A DNA stretch of 64,000 nucleotides from Squalus acanthias (GCA_030390025.1 CM059431.1:137394001-137458000), one strand, 5' to 3'. Counted from the stretch's first letter, positions 1 through 14,029 are shown. The notes: generated by a model not told the origin, from the sequence alone. Program-made: numbers and translations.

Positions 1-3000
1 CCCGCGAAAGTGAGTTCAAATACTCACAGCACCTCACAGCACCTCCGGTCTCGTCGCTCCCGACAACAGCCTGTGAAGAAAAGCCCGCGAAAGTGAGTTC
101 AAATACTCACAGCACCACACAGCACCTCCGGTCTCGTCGCTCCCGACAACAGCCTGTGAAGAAAAGCCCGCGAAAGTGAGTTCAAATACTCACAGCACCT
201 CACAGCACCTCCGGTCTCGTCGCTCCCGACAACAGCCTGTGAGGAAAAGCCCGGGAAAGTGAGTTCAAATACTCACAGCACCTCCGGTCTCGTCGCTCCC
301 GACAACAGCCTGTGAAGAAAAGCCCGCGAAAGTGAGTTCAAATACTCACAGCACCTCACAGCACCTCCGGTCTCGTCGCTCCCGACAACAGCCTGTGAAG
401 AAAAGCCCGCGAAAGTGAGTTCAAATACTCACAGCACCTTACAGCACCTCCGGTCTCGTCGCTCCCGACAACAGCCTGTGAAGAAAAGCCCGCGAAAGTG
501 AGTTCAAATACTCACAGCACCTCACAGCACCTCCGGTCTCGTCGCTCCCGACAACAGCCTGTGAAGAAAACCCCGCGAAAGTGAGTTCAAATACTCACAG
601 CACCTCACAGCACCTCCGGTCTCGTCGCTCCCGACAACAGCCTGTGAAGAAAAGTCCGCGAAAGTGAGTTCAAATACTCACAGCACCTCACAGTACCTCC
701 GGTCTCGTTGCTCCCGACAACAGCCTGTGAAGAAAAGCCCGCGAAAGTGAGTTCAAATACTCACAGCCCCTCCGGTCTCATCGCTCCCGACAACAGCCTG
801 TGAAGAAAAGCCCGCGAAAGTGAGTTCAAATACTCACAGCACCTCACAGCACCTCCGGTCTCATCGCTCCCAACAACAGCCTGTGAAGAAAAGCCCGCGA
901 AAGTGAGTTCAAATACTCACAGCACCTCACAGCACCTCCGGTCTCGTCGCTCCCGACAACAGCCTGTGAAGAAAAGCCCGCGAAAGTGAGTTCAAATACT
1001 CACAGCACCTCCGGTCTCGTCGCTCCCGACAGCAGCCTGTGAAGAAAAGCCCGCGAAAGTGAGTTCAAATACTCACAGCACCTCACAGCACCTCCGGTAT
1101 CGTCGCTCCCGACAACAGCCTGTGAAGAAAAGCCCGCGAAAGTGAGTTCAAATACTCACAGCACCTCACAGCACCTCCGGTCTCGTCGCTCCCGACAACA
1201 GCCTGTGAAGAAAAGCCCGCGAAAGTGAGTTCAAATACTCACAGCACCTCACAGCACCTCCGGTCTCGTTGCTCCCGACAACAGCCTGTGAAGAAAAGCC
1301 CGCGAAAGTGAGTTCAAATACTCACAGCACCTCCGGTCTCATCGCTCCCGACAACAGCCTGTGAAGAAAAGCCCGCGAAAGTGAGTTCAAATACTCACAG
1401 CACCTCCGGTCTCGTCGCTCCCGACAACAGCCTGTGAAGAAAAGCCCGCGAAAGTGAGTTCAAATACTCACAGCACCTCACAGCACCTCCGGTCTCGTCG
1501 CTCCCGACAACAGCCTGTGAAGAAAAGCCCGCGAAAGTGAGTTCAAATACTCACAGCACCTCACAGCACCTCCGGTCTCGTCGCTCCCGACAACAGCCTG
1601 TGAAGAAAACCCCGCGAAAGTGAGTTCAAATACTCACAGCACCTCACAGCACCTCCGGTCTCGTCGCTCCCGACAACAGCCTGTGAAGAAAAGTCCGCGA
1701 AAGTGAGTTCAAATACTCACAGCACCTCACAGTACCTCCGGTCTCGTTGCTCCCGACAACAGCCTGTGAAGAAAAGCCCGCGAAAGTGAGTTCAAATACT
1801 CACAGCACCTCCGGTCTCATCGCTCCCGACAACAGCCTGTGAAGAAAAGCCCGCGAAAGTGAGTTCAAATACTCACAGCACCTCACAGCACCTCCGGTCT
1901 CATCGCTCCCAACAACAGCCTGTGAAGAAAAGCCCGCGAAAGTGAGTTCAAATACTCACAGCACCTCACAGCACCTCCGGTCTCGTCGCTCCCGACAACA
2001 GCCTGTGAAGAAAAGCCCGCGAAAGTGAGTTCAAATACTCACAGCACCTCCGGTCTCGTCGCTCCCGACAGCAGCCTGTGAAGAAAAGCCCGCGAAAGTG
2101 AGTTCAAATACTCACAGCACCTCACAGCACCTCCGGTCTCGTCGCTCCCGACAACAGCCTGTGAAGAAAAGCCCGCGAAAGTGAGTTCAAATACTCACAG
2201 CACCTCACAGCACCTCCGGTCTCGTCGCTCCCGACAACAGCCTGTGAAGAAAAGCCCGCGAAAGTGAGTTCAAATACTCACAGCACCTCACAGCACCTCC
2301 GGTCTCGTTGCTCCCGACAACAGCCTGTGAAGAAAAGCCCGCGAAAGTGAGTTCAAATACTCACAGCACCTCCGGTCTCATCGCTCCCGACAACAGCCTG
2401 TGAAGAAAAGCCCGCGAAAGTGAGTTCAAATAGTCACAGCACCTCACAGCACCTCCGGTCTCGTCGCTCCCGACAACAGCCTGTGAAGAAAAGCCCGCGA
2501 AAGTGAGTTCAAATACTCACAGCACCTGACAGCTCCTCCGGTCTCGTCGCTCCCGACAACAGCCTGTGAAGAAAAGCCCGCGAAAGTGAGTTCAAATAGT
2601 CACAGCACCTCACAGCAACCTCCGGTCTCGTCGCTCCCGACAACAGCCTGTGAAGAAAAGCCCGCGAAAGTGAGTTCAAATACTCACAGCACCTCCGGTC
2701 TCGTCGCTCCCGACAACAGCCTGTGAAGAAAAGCCCGCGAAAGTGAGTTCAAATACTCACAGCACCTCACAGCACCTCCGGTCTCGTCGCTCCCGACGAC
2801 AGCCTGTGAAGAATAGCCCGCGAAAGTGAGTTCAAATACTCACAGCACCTCACAGCACCTCCGGTCTCGTCGCTCCCGACAACAGCCTGTGAAGAAAAGC
2901 CCGCGAAAGTGAGTTCAAATACTCACAGCACCTGACAGCTCCTCCGGTCTCGTCGCTCCCGACAACAGCCTGTGAAGAAAAGCCCGCGAAAGTGAGTTCA

Positions 3001-6000
3001 AATACTCACAGCACCTCACAGCAACCTCCGGTCTCGTCGCTCCCGACAACAGCCTGTGAAGAAAAGCCCGCGAAAGTGAGTTCAAATACTCACAGCACCT
3101 CACAGCACCTCCGGTCTCGTCGCTCCCGACAACAGCCTGTGAAGAAAAGCCAGCGAAAGTGAGTTCAAATACTCACAGCACCTCACAGCACCTCCAGTCT
3201 CGTCGCTCCCGACGACAGCCTGTGAAGAAAAGCCCGCGAAAGTGAGTTCAAATACTCACAGCACCTCACAGCACCTCCGGTCTCGTCGCTCCCGACAACA
3301 GCCTGTGAAGAAAAGCCCGCGAAAGTGAGTTCAAATACTCACAGCACCTGACAGCTGCTCCGGTCTCGTCGCTCCCGACAACAGCCTGTGAAGAAAAGCC
3401 CGCGAAAGTGAGTTCAAATACTCACAGCACCTCACAGCACCTCCGGTCTCGTCGCTCCCGACAACAGCCTGTGAAGAAAAGCCCGCAAAAGTGAGTTCAA
3501 ATACTCACAGCACCTCACAGCTACTGCGGTCTCGTCGCTCCCGACAACAGCCTGTGAAGAAAAGCCCGCGAAAGTGAGTTCAAATACTCACAGCACCTCC
3601 GGCCTCATCGCTCCCGACAACAGCCTGTGAAGAAAAGCCCGCGAAAGTGAGTTCAAATACTCACAGCACCTCACAGCACCTCCGGTCTCGTCGCTCCCGA
3701 CAACAGCCTGTGAAGAAAAGCCCGCGAAAGTGAGTTCAAATACTCACAGCACCTCACAGCACCTCCGGTCTCGTCGCTCCCGACAACAGACTGTGAAGAA
3801 AAGCCCGCGAAAGTGAGTTCAAATACTCACAGCGCCTCACAGCACCTCCGGTCTCGTCGCTCCCGACAACAGCCTGTGAAGAAAAGCCCGCGAAAGTGAG
3901 TTCAAATACTCACAGCACCTCACAGCACCTCCGGTCTCGTCGCTCCCGACAACAGCCTGTGAAGAAAAGCCCGCGAAAGTGAGTTCAAATACTCACAGCA
4001 CCTCACAGTTCCCCCTGGTCTCATCGCTCCCGACAACAGCCTGTGGAGAAAAGCCCGCGAAAGTGAGTTCAAATACTCACAGCACCTCCGGTCTCGTCGC
4101 TCCCGACAACAGCCTGTGAAGAAAAGCCCGCGAAAGTGAGTTCAAATACTCACAGCACCTCACAGCACCTCCGGTCTCGTCGCTCCCGACAACAGCCTGT
4201 GAAGAAAAGCCCGCGAAAGTGAGTTCAAATACTCACAGCACCTCACAGCACCTCCGGTCTCGTCGCTCCCGACAACAGCCTGTGAAGAAAAGCCCGCGAA
4301 AGTGAGTTCAAATACTCACAGCACCTCCGGTCTCATCGCTCCCGACAACAGCCTGTGAAGAAAAGCCCGCGAAAGTGAGTTCAAATACTCACAGCACCTC
4401 ACAGCACCTCCGGTCTCATCGCTCCCGACAACAGCCTGTGAAGAAAAGCCCGCGAAAGTGAGTTCAAATACTCACAGCACCTCACAGCACCTCCGGTCTC
4501 GTCGCTCCCGACAACAGCCTGTGAAGAAAAGCCCGCGAAAGTGAGTTCAAATACTCACAGCACCTCACAGCACCTCCGGTCTCATCGCTCCCGACAACAG
4601 CCTGTGAAGAAAAGCCCGCGAAAGTGAGTTCAAATACTCACAGCACCTCCGGTCTCGTCGCTCCCGACAACAGCCTGTGAAGAAAAGCCCGCGAAAGTGA
4701 GTTCAAATACTCACAGCACCTCACAGCACCTCCGGTCTCGTCGCTCCCGACAACAGCCTGTGAAGAAAAGCCCGCGAAAGTGAGTTCAAATACTCACAGC
4801 ACCTCACAGCACCTCCGGTCTCGTCGCTCCCGAATACAGCCTGTGAAGAAAAGCCCGCGAAAGTGAGTTCAAATATTCAGAGCACCTCACAGCACCTCCG
4901 GTCTCGTCACTCCCGACAACAGCCTGTGAAGAAAAGCCCGCGAAAGTGAGTTCAAATACTCACAGCACCTCACAGCACCTCCGGTCTCGTTGCTCCTGAC
5001 AACAGCCTGTGAAGAAAAGCCCGCGAAAGTGAGTTCAAATACTCACAGCACCTCCGGTCTCATCGCTCCCGACAACAGCCTGTGAAGAAAAGCCCGCGAA
5101 AGTGAGTTCAAATACTCATTGCACCTCACAGCACCTCCGGTCTCGTCGCTCCCGACAACAGCCTGTGAAGAAAAGCCCGCGAAAGTGAGTTCAAATACTC
5201 ACAGCACCTCACAGCACCTCCGGTCTCGTCGCTCCCGACAACAGCCTGTGAAGAAAAGCCCTCGAAAGTGAGTTCAAATACTCACAGCACCTCACAGCAC
5301 CTCCGGTCTCGTCGCTCCCGACAACAGCCTGTGAAGAAAAGCCCGCGAAAGTGAGTTCAAATACTCACAGCACCTCACAGCAACCTCCGGTCTCGTCGCT
5401 CCCGACAACAGCCTGTGAAGAAAAGCCCGCGAAAGTGAGTTCAAATACTCACAGCACCTCACAGCACCTCCGGTCTCGTCGCTCCCGACAACAGCCTGTG
5501 AAGAAAAGCCCGCGAAAGTGAGTTCAAATACTCACAGCACCTCACAGCACCTCCGGTCTCGTCGCTCCCGACAACAGCCTGTGAAGAAAAGCCCGCGAAA
5601 GTGAGTTCAAATACTCACAGCACCTCACAGCACCTCCGGTCTCGTCGCTCCCGACAACAGCCTGTGAAGAAAAGCCCGCGAAAGTGAGTTCAAATACTCA
5701 CAGCACCTGACAGCTGCTCCGGTCTCGTCGCTCCCGACAACAGCCTGTGAAGAAAAGCCCGCGAAAGTGAGTTCAAATACTCACAGCACCTCACAGCACC
5801 TCCGGTCTCGTCGCTCCCGACAACAGCCTGTGAAGAAAAGCCCGCAAAAGTGAGTTCAAATACTCACAGCACCTCACAGCTACTGCGGTCTCGTCGCTCC
5901 TGACAACAGCCTGTGAAGAAAAGCCCGCGAAAGTGAGTTCAAATACTCACAGCACCTCCGGTCTCATCGCTCCCGACAACAGCCTGTGAAGAAAAGCCCG

Positions 6001-9000
6001 CGAAAGTGAGTTCAAATACTCACAGCACCTCACAGCACCTCCGGTCTCGTCGCTCCCGACAACAGCCTGTGAAGAAAAGCCCGCGAAAGTGAGTTCAAAT
6101 ACTCACAGCACCTCACAGCACCTCCGGTCTCGTCGCTCCCGACAACAGACTGTGAAGAAAAGCCCGCGAAAGTGAGTTCAAATACTCACAGCGCCTCACA
6201 GCACCTCCGGTCTCGTCGCTCCCGACAACAGCCTGTGAAGAAAAGCCCGCAAAAGTGAGTTCAAATACTCACAGCACCTCACAGTTCTCCCTGGTCTCAT
6301 CGCTCACGACAACAGCCTGTGGAGAAAAGCCCGCGAAAGTGAGTTCAAATACTCACAGCACCTCCGGTCTCGTCGCTCCCGACAACAGCCTGTGAAGAAA
6401 AGCCCGCGAAAGTGAGTTCAAATACTCACAGCACCTCACAGCACCTCCGGTCTCGTCGCACCCGACAACAGCCTGTGAAGAAAAGCCCGCGAAAGTGAGT
6501 TCAAATACTCACAGCACCTCACAGCACCTCCGGTCTCGTCGCTCCCGACAACAGCCTGTGAAGAAAAGCCCGCGAAAGTGAGTTCAAATACTCACAGCAC
6601 CTCCGGTCTCATCGCTCCCGACAACAGCCTGTGAAGAAAACCCCGCGAAAGTGAGTTCAAATACTCACAGCACCTCCGGTCTCATCGCTCCCGACAACAG
6701 CCTGTGAAGAAAAGCCCGCGAAAGTGAGTTCAAATACTCACAGCACCTCACAGCACCTCCGGTCTCGTCGCTCCCGAGAACAGCCTGTGAAGAAAAGCCC
6801 GCGAAAGTGAGTTCAAATACTCACAGCACCTCAAAGCACCTCCGGTCTCATCGCTCCCGACAACAGCCTGTGAAGAAAAGCCCGCGAAAGTGAGTTCAAA
6901 TACTCACAGCACCTCCGGTCTCGTCACTCCCGACAACAGCCTGTGAAGAAAAGCCCGCGAAAGTGAGTTCAAATACTCACAGCACCTCACAGCACCTCCG
7001 GTCTCGTCGCTCCCGACAACAGCCTGTGAAGAAAAGCCCGCGAAAGTGAGTTCAAATACTCACAGCACCTCACAGCACCTCCGGTCTCGTCGCTCCCGAC
7101 AACAGCCTGTGAAGAAAAGCCCGCGAAAGTGAGTTCAAATACTCAGAGCACCTCACAGCACCTCCGGTCTCGTCACTCCCGAAAACAGCCTGTGAAGAAA
7201 AGCCCGCGAAAGTGAGTTCAAATACTCACAGCACCTCACAGCACCTCCGGTCTCGTTGCTCCCGACAACAGCCTGTGAAGAAAAGCCCGCGAAAGTGAGT
7301 TCAAATACTCACAGCACCTCCGGTCTCATCGCTCCCGACAACAGCCTGTGAAGAAAAGCCCGCGAAAGTGAGTTCAAATACTCATTGCACCTCACAGCAC
7401 CTCCGGTCTCATCGCTCCCGACAACAGCCTGTGAAGAAAAGCCCGCGAACGTGAGTTCAAATACTCACAGCACCTCACAGCACCTCCGGTCTCGTCGCTC
7501 CCGACAACAGCCTGTGAAGAAAAGCCCGCGAAAGTGAGTTCAAATACTCACAGCACCTCACAGCACCTCCGGTCTCGTCGCTCCCGACAACAGCCTGTGA
7601 AGAAAAGGCCGCGAAAGTGAGTTCAAATACTCACAGCACCTCACAGCACCTCCGGTCTCATTGCTCCCGACAACAGCCTGTGAAGAAAAGCACGCGAAAG
7701 TGAGTTCAAATACTCACAGCACCTCCGGTCTCATCGCTCCCGACAACAGCCTGTGAAGAAAAGCCCGCGAAAGTGAGTTCAAATACTCATTGCACCTCAC
7801 AGCACCTCCGGTCTCGTCGCTCCCGACAACAGCCTGTGAAGAAAAGCCCGCGAAAGTGAGTTCAAATACTCACAGCACCTCACAGCACCTCCGGTCTCGT
7901 CGCTCCCGACAACAACCTGTGAAGAAAAGCCCGCGAAAGTGAGTTCAAATACTCACAGCACCTCACAGCACCTCCGCCTCGTCGCTCCCGACAACAGCCT
8001 GTGAAGAAAAGCCCGCGAAAGTGAGTTCAAATACTCACAGCACCTCACAGCACCTCCGGTCTCATCGCTCCCGACGACAGCCTGTGAAGAAAAGCCCGCG
8101 AAAGTGAGTTCAAATACTCACAGCACCTCACAGCTCCTCCGGTCTCGTCGCTCCCAACAACAGCCTGTGAAGAAAAGCCCGCGAAAGTGAGTTCAAATAC
8201 TCACAGCACCTCACAGCACCTCCGGTCTCGTCGCTCCTGACAACAGCCTGTGAAGAAAAGCCCGCGAAAGTGAGTTCAAATACTCACAGCACCTGACAGC
8301 TCCTCCGGTCTCGTCGCTCCCGACAACAGCCTGTGAAGAAAAGCCAGCGAAAGTGAGTTCAAATACTCACAGCACCTCCGGTCTCGTCGCTCCCGACAAC
8401 AGCCTGTGAAGAAAAGCCCGCGAAAGTGAGTTCAAATACTCACAGCACCTCACAGCACCTCCGGTCTCGTCGCTCCCGACAACAGCCTGTGAAGAAAAGC
8501 CCGCGAAAGTGAGTTCAAATACTCACAGCACCTCACAACACCTCCGGTCTCGTCGCTCCCGACGACAGCCTGTGAAGTAAAGCCCGCGAAAGTGAGTTCA
8601 AATACTCACAGCACCTCACAGCACCTCCGGTCTCGTCGCTCCCGACAACAGCCTGTGAAGAAAATCCCGCGAAAGTGAGTTCAAATACTCACAGCACCTC
8701 ACAGCACCTCCGGTCTCGTTGCTCCCGACAACAGCCTGTCAAGAAAAGCCCGCGAAAGTGAGTTCAAATACTCACAGCACCTCCGGTCTCATCGCTCCCG
8801 ACAACAGCCTGTGAAGAAAAGCCCGCGAAAGTGAGTTCAAATACTCATTGCACCTCACAGCACCTCCGGTCTCGTCGCTCCCGACAACAGCCTGTGAAGA
8901 AAAGCCCGCGAAAGTGAGTTCAAATACTCACAGCACCTCACAGTTCCCCCTGGTCTCATCGCTCCCGACAACAGCCTGTGGAGAAAAGCCCGCGAAAGTG

Positions 9001-9866
9001 AGTTCAAATACTCACAGCACCTCCGGTCTCGTCGCTCCCGACAACAGCCTGTGAAGAAAAGCCCGCGAAAGTGAGTTCAAATACTCACAGCACCTCACAG
9101 CACCTCCGGTCTCGTCGCTCCCGACAACAGCCTGTGAAGAAAAGCCCGCGAAAGTGAGTTCAAATACTCACAGCACCTCCGGTCTCGTCGCTCCTGACAA
9201 CAGCCTGTGAAGAAAAGCCCGCGAAAGTGAGTTCAAATACTCACAGCACCTGACAGCACCTCCGGTCTCGTCGCTCCCGACAACAGCCTGTGAAGAAAAG
9301 CCCGCGAAAGTGAGTTCAAATACTCACAGCACCTCACAGCACCTCCGGTCTCATCGCTCCCGACAACAGCCTGTGAAGAAAAGCCCGCGAAAGTGAGTTC
9401 AAATACTCACAGCACCTCACAGCACCTCCGGTCTCGTCGCTCCCGACAACAGCCTGTGAGAAAAGCCCGCGAAAGTGAGTTCAAATACTCACAGCACCTC
9501 ACAGCACCTCCGGTCTCGTCGCTCCCGACGACAGCCTGTGAAGAAAAGCCCGCGAAAGTGAGTTCAAATACTCACAGCACCTCACAGTACCTCCGGTCTC
9601 GTCGCTCCCAACAACAGCCTGTGAAGAAAAGCCCGCGAAAGTGAGTTCAAATACTCACAGCACCTCACAGCACCTCCGGTCTCGTCGCTCCCGACAACAG
9701 CCTGTGAAGTAAAGCCCGCGAAAGTGAGTTCAAATACTCACAGCACCTCACAGCACCTCCGGTCTCGTCGCTCCCGACAACAGCCTGTGAAGAAAAGCCC
9801 GCGAAAGTGAGTTCAAATACTCACAGCACCTCACACCACCTCCGGTCTCGTCGCTCCCGACAACAG
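1..9866. repeat. Tandem satellite array, 83-bp monomer with a 73-bp variant, about 120 copies, running off the left edge
   Basis: Unit is CCCGCGAAAGTGAGTTCAAATACTCACAGC(ACCTCACAGC)ACCTCCGGTCTCGTCGCTCCCGACAACAGCCTGTGAAGAAAAG. The 10-bp sub-unit is present or absent, and point variants are few. Confidence 0.98.
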
Positions 9867-10185
9867 AGTTGACACCCACCCGATTGCCCAACTGATCGAC
9901 GCCACCAACAGGTAATGAAGCTCATCAGAGGTGAAAGGTGAGGCGGGGGGCGGGGGCGGGGGGAATTGGCAGGAGGTGTAGGAAGAAAATAAGATCGTCT
10001 TAAGTCAAGATTAATACAACGCCGCTGGTAGTTTATTTCAATCGTTTAAACAGCACGTGCATTACTTCATCAAAGATCAACAACGTTGTTCACTGGAGAA
10101 AGTACAATGATCCAGATCTGGTAACTGTTGTATTCCATGGTGATTTTTCCCAATATGAACCGTTTTAACTTGTCTTAAATTTCTC

Positions 10186-10191
10186 TTTATT
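10186..10191 (-). promoter_or_regulatory. Probable polyadenylation signal (AATAAA) of the minus-strand MS4A-like gene
   Basis: 10140-10318 is the inverted homologue of about 54960-55120, which holds AATAAA at 55096. Confidence 0.55.
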
Positions 10192-10315
10192 CTGTTTATT
10201 TATAAGTTGATCTTTCAGGTAATGCTTTTAGCTTCACACGTGTTGTTCGATGGAAGAATAACGTCATTCATGAACTGGATTTAGACGCCACTGCACCAAA
10301 TGGTCTTCTTGCTGA

Positions 10316-11130
10316 ATCATAGAATCACAGAATGATACAGCACAGAAAGAGGCCATTCGGGCCATCGTGCCTGTGCTGATTCTCTGACAGAGCGATCCAA
10401 TTACACCCACTCCCCTGTTCTTTCCCTATAGCCCGGCATATTTTTCCATTTTAAATTTCTTTCCACTTAACTTTTGAAAGTAACAATTGAATCTGCTTCC
10501 ACCGCTATTTCAGGCAGTGTGTTCCAGATCACAACAACTCGCTGCGTAAATACATTTCTCCTCATCTCCCCTCTTGCACTTTTACCAATTACATTAAATC
10601 TGTATCCTCTGTTTACCAACTCCTCTGTCAGTGGGAATAGCTTCTCCTAATTTATTCTATCAAAACGGCTCATAATTTTGAACACCTCTAATGAATTATC
10701 CTTCCCTGGTCTAAGGAGTATAATCCCAGCTTCTATCGGCTCTCCACATAACTGAAACCCCTCATCCCTGCTAACATTCTAGTAAATCTCCTCTGCACCA
10801 TCTCTAAGGTCTTGATATCCTTCCTAAAGTGTGGTGTTCAGAATTGGAAACAATGCTCCAGTGGAGGCTTAATCAACGATTTACAAAGATGGAGAATAAC
10901 TTCCGTGCTTTTGTACGCAATGCCTCTATTTACAAAGCAAATGACCCCGTATGCTGTTAACAGCTATATCAGATGTCCTGCCACCATCAAGGTTGTGTCC
11001 CCCTGAACCCCCAGGTTCCTGCACCCAATTTAAAATTGTACTATTTCGTTTATAAAGATTCTCCTCATTCTTCCTTCAAAAATTCATCAATTCCCACTTC
11101 TCTATGTTAAATTTCAACTGTAATATATCA
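10316..11130 (-). mobile_element. 5'-truncated CR1 LINE fragment splitting the 3' UTR of the minus-strand MS4A-like gene
   Basis: CR1 3' tail (ATTCTATG-type repeats) and a decayed RT C-terminus. The flanks rejoin into sequence colinear with the paralogous 3' UTR. Confidence 0.8.
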
Positions 11131-11175
11131 CATTGTACGATCTCCATTGAAAACCATTCTATAACGGTGGTGGTA

Positions 11176-11250
11176 TCAGACTGTTGTAGGTTGGACCTTG
11201 GGGATTGTTGTTTGAGACGTGTTGTCCTGATCAATAGGCTCATGGGAAGG
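11176..11250 (-). CDS. MS4A-like copy A last exon ([24 protein letters not shown]), frameshifted relative to copy B
   Basis: TTTCTTTCTCAG acceptor; homologous to 54844-54957. Confidence 0.7.
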   Translation of the reverse strand, partial: PSHEPIDQDNTSQTTIPKVQPTTV

Positions 11251-11400
11251 CTGAGAAAGAAAACAGAATTGTCGGAAAACAGTAAATAAATAAACAAATA
11301 TATAAACATGCAAACAAACAAACTGAGGTAAACGATGATGATTTGCTCCACTAATGTTTGAAATTCCTCGATAAATGACAATCGCGGTACACGTTATAAT

Positions 11401-13915
11401 GGGCTGGAATTTGCTGTCAAAATAATTGTGAGGCTAAAAGCACTCACTGTTATTTCTTCTCAAATCGGACAGCTACTTTCAGCCAGCACAGTTGCACATT
11501 CAACACAAAAAACCTGGAGTTACTGTCCGAGATCCACCGCTATTCTCTAAGCTGCTCGAAAATAGCCTCTCGCTGGCTGGCTCCCCATTCAAATGTACTG
11601 AGCTGCGTGAATTTTCTATACTTGCCCGGTAGAGAGGGAATAATCTCGCCACAGAAAGTGAGGGATTGTCCATATCAGTCGAAGTAGCATTTTTAAAAGC
11701 GTGATCATTTTTAATTACTGACAAACAACCTCTCCAGCACTAATAATTAACTTTTACGAATGTGGAGTCTCATTCCTTCAGAATTTACATGTTCACGGAG
11801 ATTATTTTAAACATTAAAAATGTAAACAAATAGCTTATCTTTCTTCTGTCTCTTATTTCGATCTCTGAATCCAACCTTTCTTTTGCTTTCTCTATTTAGC
11901 TTTCAATACATGATTTGACATTGAATTCACTATGCTAACTTCCACTTCCACTTGCAGAATCTGCGCTGTTCCCTACTTCAATCCTTCAATATGATTGGTG
12001 AAGGGAATAAACAGTTTCTTGTTCTGTTCACACAGGTCCCAGATGCCCTGTAGAGAGTGCCGCAACATTTGTATCTCTTACTTACTGCAACTTCAAGTAC
12101 AAAAGGATATAGAAATTAAATGGACATCCACATCCTCAATGATGGCGCAGCCCAGTACACGAGTGCAAAAGACAAGGCTGAAGTTTTTGCAACCATCTTC
12201 AGCCAGAAGTGCCGAGTGGAAGAACCATATCAGTCTTCTCCTTAGTTCCCCACCATCAGAGAAGCCAGTCTTCAGCCAATTCAATTCATTCCACGTGAAA
12301 TCAAGAAACGGTTGAGCGCACTGGATACAGCATGCACCCCGACAACATCCTGGCTGTCGTGCTGAAGAGTTGTGCTAAAGGCCTAGCCGCGCCTCGAAAC
12401 AAGCTATTCCATCCGACAATGTGTAAAACTTCCCAGGTATGTCCTGCCCACAAAAAAGTAGGACAAATCCAATCCGAACAATTATAGCCCCATCATTTTG
12501 CTCACAATCATCAGCAAAGTGATGGAAGCTGTCTTCGATAGTGCTATCAAATGGCATTTGCTCGCCAATAACCTGCTCACCGAAGCTCAGTTTGCGTTCT
12601 GCCAGGACCACTCGGTTCCAGACCTCATTACAGCCTTGTTCCAAACATGGACAAAATAACTGAATTCCAGAGGTGAGCTGAAAGTGACTTCTCATGACAT
12701 CAAGGCAGCATTTGATCGAGTTTGACATGAACGAGCACTAGTAAAATTAAATTCAAAGCAATTCAGGGTGGGGGTGGAAATCTCCATTGTTTGGAGTCAT
12801 ACCACGCACAATGGAAGATGGTTGTGGTTGCTGCAGGTCAAACATCTCAGCCCCAGGACATTGATGCAGGAGTTCCTCAGGGCAGTATCCTAGGCCCAAC
12901 CATCTCCAGCTGGTTCATCAATGAACTTCCCACCATCATAAGGTCAGAAGTCGGGATGTTCGCTGGTGATTGCACGATGTTCAGTTCCATTCGCAACTCC
13001 TCGTATAAAGAAGCTGTCCATACAGGCATGCAGCAAGACCTGGACAGCATTCAGGCTTGGTCTGATAAGTAGCAAGTAACTTCCGTGCCACACAAGTGAA
13101 AGACAATGACTATCTCCAACAAGCGAGAATCTAACCACCGCACCTTGACATTTAACGGCATAATAATAGTCGAATCCCCCACCATCAACATCTTGGGGGT
13201 CACCATTGACCAGAAACCTAACTAGACAGTCACATAGATACCGTGGCCACAAGAGCAGGTCAGAGGCTGGATATTCTGCGGTCAGTGTCTCACCTCCTGA
13301 CTCCCCAAGGCCATTTTAACCATCTAAAAGGCACAAGCCGGGAGAGTGATGGAATACCCCACACTTGCCTGAATGAGTACAGCTCCAAAAACACTTAAGA
13401 AGCTCGACCCCATCCAGGACAAAGCAGCCCGTATGATTGACACCAAATACACCACATTAAGCATTCACTCCCTCCACCACCGGCGCACCGTGGCTGCAGT
13501 GTGTACCATCTACAAGATGCACTGTAGCAACTTGCCAAGGCTTCTTCCACAGCACCTCCCAAATCAGCGACTTCTTCCACCTAGAATGACAAGGGTAGCA
13601 GGCGCATGCGAACACTATAAACCGCAAGATCCCCTCCAAGTTACATACCATTCTGACTTGGAAATATATCGCCGATCCTTTATCGTTGCTGGGTCAAAAT
13701 CCTGGGACGCCCTCCCTAACAGCACTGTGGGAGTACCTTCACTACGCATACTGCAGCAGTTCAAGAGGGCAGCTCACCACCACCTTCTCAAGGGCAATTA
13801 GGAATGGGCAATACATGCTGGCGTTGCCAGCGACGCCCACATACCAGGAACGAATAAAAAAAGACGAACAAATGGTGGGCGCGGTTAGTCCGCTGGCTAC
13901 AGTAAATCCTAGCGC
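11401..13915. mobile_element. Non-autonomous DNA transposon (PIF/Harbinger-like) with a nested LINE
   Basis: Imperfect TIRs GGGCTGGAATTTGCTGT / ACAGTAAATCCTAGCGC, flanked by a 3-bp AAT duplication. Confidence 0.6.
12133..13862 (+). mobile_element. Decayed 5'-truncated CR1/L2-group LINE (RT region and 3' end)
   Basis: RT motifs GVPQGSILGP and FAGD (from FADD), many stops and frameshifts, A-rich 3' end. Confidence 0.85.
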
Positions 13916-14029
13916 AATATTTCAAATTGCAATACCTTTGCGTGCTATAAACCAATCTCCGATTTTTAAGAGTCAATATTCAGCAAAGGCGGACATATTG
14001 ATTTGTAATTTGGTCTTGTATCTACAAAC

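Noticed and set aside
61..115. Hammerhead ribozyme in the satellite monomer (TGAAGA...GAAA-stem)
   Set aside because: The core lacks the C of CUGANGA, there is no stem II, and there is no UH after stem III.
1..9866. CRISPR array
   Set aside because: There are no unique spacers and no cas genes, and the context is vertebrate.
1..9866. RAG recombination signals (CACAGCA) or Pol III B-boxes (GTTCAAAT)
   Set aside because: No nonamer at 12/23 spacing was seen, and the B-box lacks its conserved C.
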